From positions 48,962-112,961 of the forward strand of contig CAKVHQ010000002.1 in assembly GCA_934749845.1 (NCBI GenBank): a stretch of DNA of 64,000 nt, given 5' to 3'. Position 1 is the stretch's first letter, and the number at the start of each line of letters is the position of its first letter. Below, piece by piece: positions 63,614 to 64,000 of the stretch. Below the pieces are notes generated by a model. It saw only the letters and a list, made by a program, of their open reading frames with translations, was not told the DNA's origin and ran no database searches. Source of the stretch: an uncultured Clostridia bacterium. Lineage in GTDB: Bacteria; Bacillota; Clostridia; Christensenellales; UBA1242. The position numbers were made by a program, and so were the translations under genes.

Positions 63614-64000
63614 TTACTTCACTTTTTTATTTCTTCTGCTCAACAAAGCAGTTGCGACTGCTAGAACCAATATTGTTGGAGCAATAAATAAGCCCAAATC
63701 ATTAACTATTCCTGTTGAAGAAACCGTCTTTTTTGGTGCTGAAATGTACATCGCTGGAACAACAGTAGTTAATTTCCAAGAATAACCAGTCGAACCAAGA
63801 GAAGTTCCATCTTCGTCATCGTCTGCAATATCAACAATATAAACATACCTACCGTTACTTAAACTATTATTTGGCGTACGAATCCACCATGTAGAAGATT
63901 TACTTTCAAATTTTTTTTCTTTATTTAAATCATCAGTTAATGGAATAAATGCTTTTTCCCCTGTTTCTTCATCGCCAAACACATCTAATTTACTTAACAA
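63614..64000 (-). CDS. C-terminal part of a surface/membrane-anchored protein (N-terminus outside the window)
   Basis: Open to the window edge. WWIRTP...VVPAMYI segment, then a hydrophobic helix plus basic tail (SRRNKKVK). Confidence 0.55.
   Translation of the reverse strand: MLSKLDVFGDEETGEKAFIPLTDDLNKEKKFESKSSTWWIRTPNNSLSNGRYVYIVDIADDDEDGTSLGSTGYSWKLTTVVPAMYISAPKKTVSSTGIVNDLGLFIAPTILVLAVATALLSRRNKKVK

Noticed and set aside
1-64000. CRISPR arrays, rRNA operons, IS elements/transposases
   Set aside because: I saw no regularly spaced direct repeats, no rRNA-like sequence, and no transposase-like ORF with terminal inverted repeats.

Overview
AT-rich chromosomal segment from a low-GC, endospore-forming Firmicute with Clostridia-like gene order. 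Most of it is core. It carries sporulation modules (spoIIGA-sigE-sigG, a spoIVFB-like protease, spoIIAA-spoIIAB-sigF, spoVAC-AD-AEB, yunB, a PdaB-like deacetylase). It also carries replication and repair genes (DnaD-domain protein plus dnaI-like loader, ftsK/spoIIIE, recA, mutS-mutL, lexA) and translation and RNA genes (rplU-prp-rpmA, der, rimO, miaB, miaA, thiI, rny, rnhA, a RumA-type methyltransferase). Also present are feoAB, minDE, lipid genes (pgsA, plsC), a class A PBP, a 6-tRNA cluster and a lone tRNA-Trp. I saw no CRISPR array, rRNA, transposase or phage structural genes. The points worth a second look follow. (1) A translationally coupled two-gene cassette (a 3-TM effector-like protein plus an unplaceable partner) and a lipoprotein gene sit inside the otherwise conserved spoIVFB -> rplU interval. 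(2) The lipoprotein promoter has a G9 tract as its -35/-10 spacer. (3) A diverged nucleotidyltransferase-fold (SMODS/CD-NTase-like) gene has a promoter overlapped by the same AACAAATGTTT box found upstream of recA and lexA, and it sits next to a tyrosine recombinase and a recombinase-core-like palindrome. (4) A dispersed 12-mer, TTTGCATAGCAC, often paired with a CGATTTTTCGGCA core, occurs in intergenic regions, inside an operon and inside coding sequence. (5) Several domain fusions are unusual: GT28+acyltransferase, guanylate-kinase-like+ParB/Srx-like, and a membrane-anchored PadR. (6) Start codons recur 6-8 nt after a -10 hexamer with no Shine-Dalgarno, suggesting leaderless mRNAs. All family assignments come from reading motifs by eye; no database search was run.
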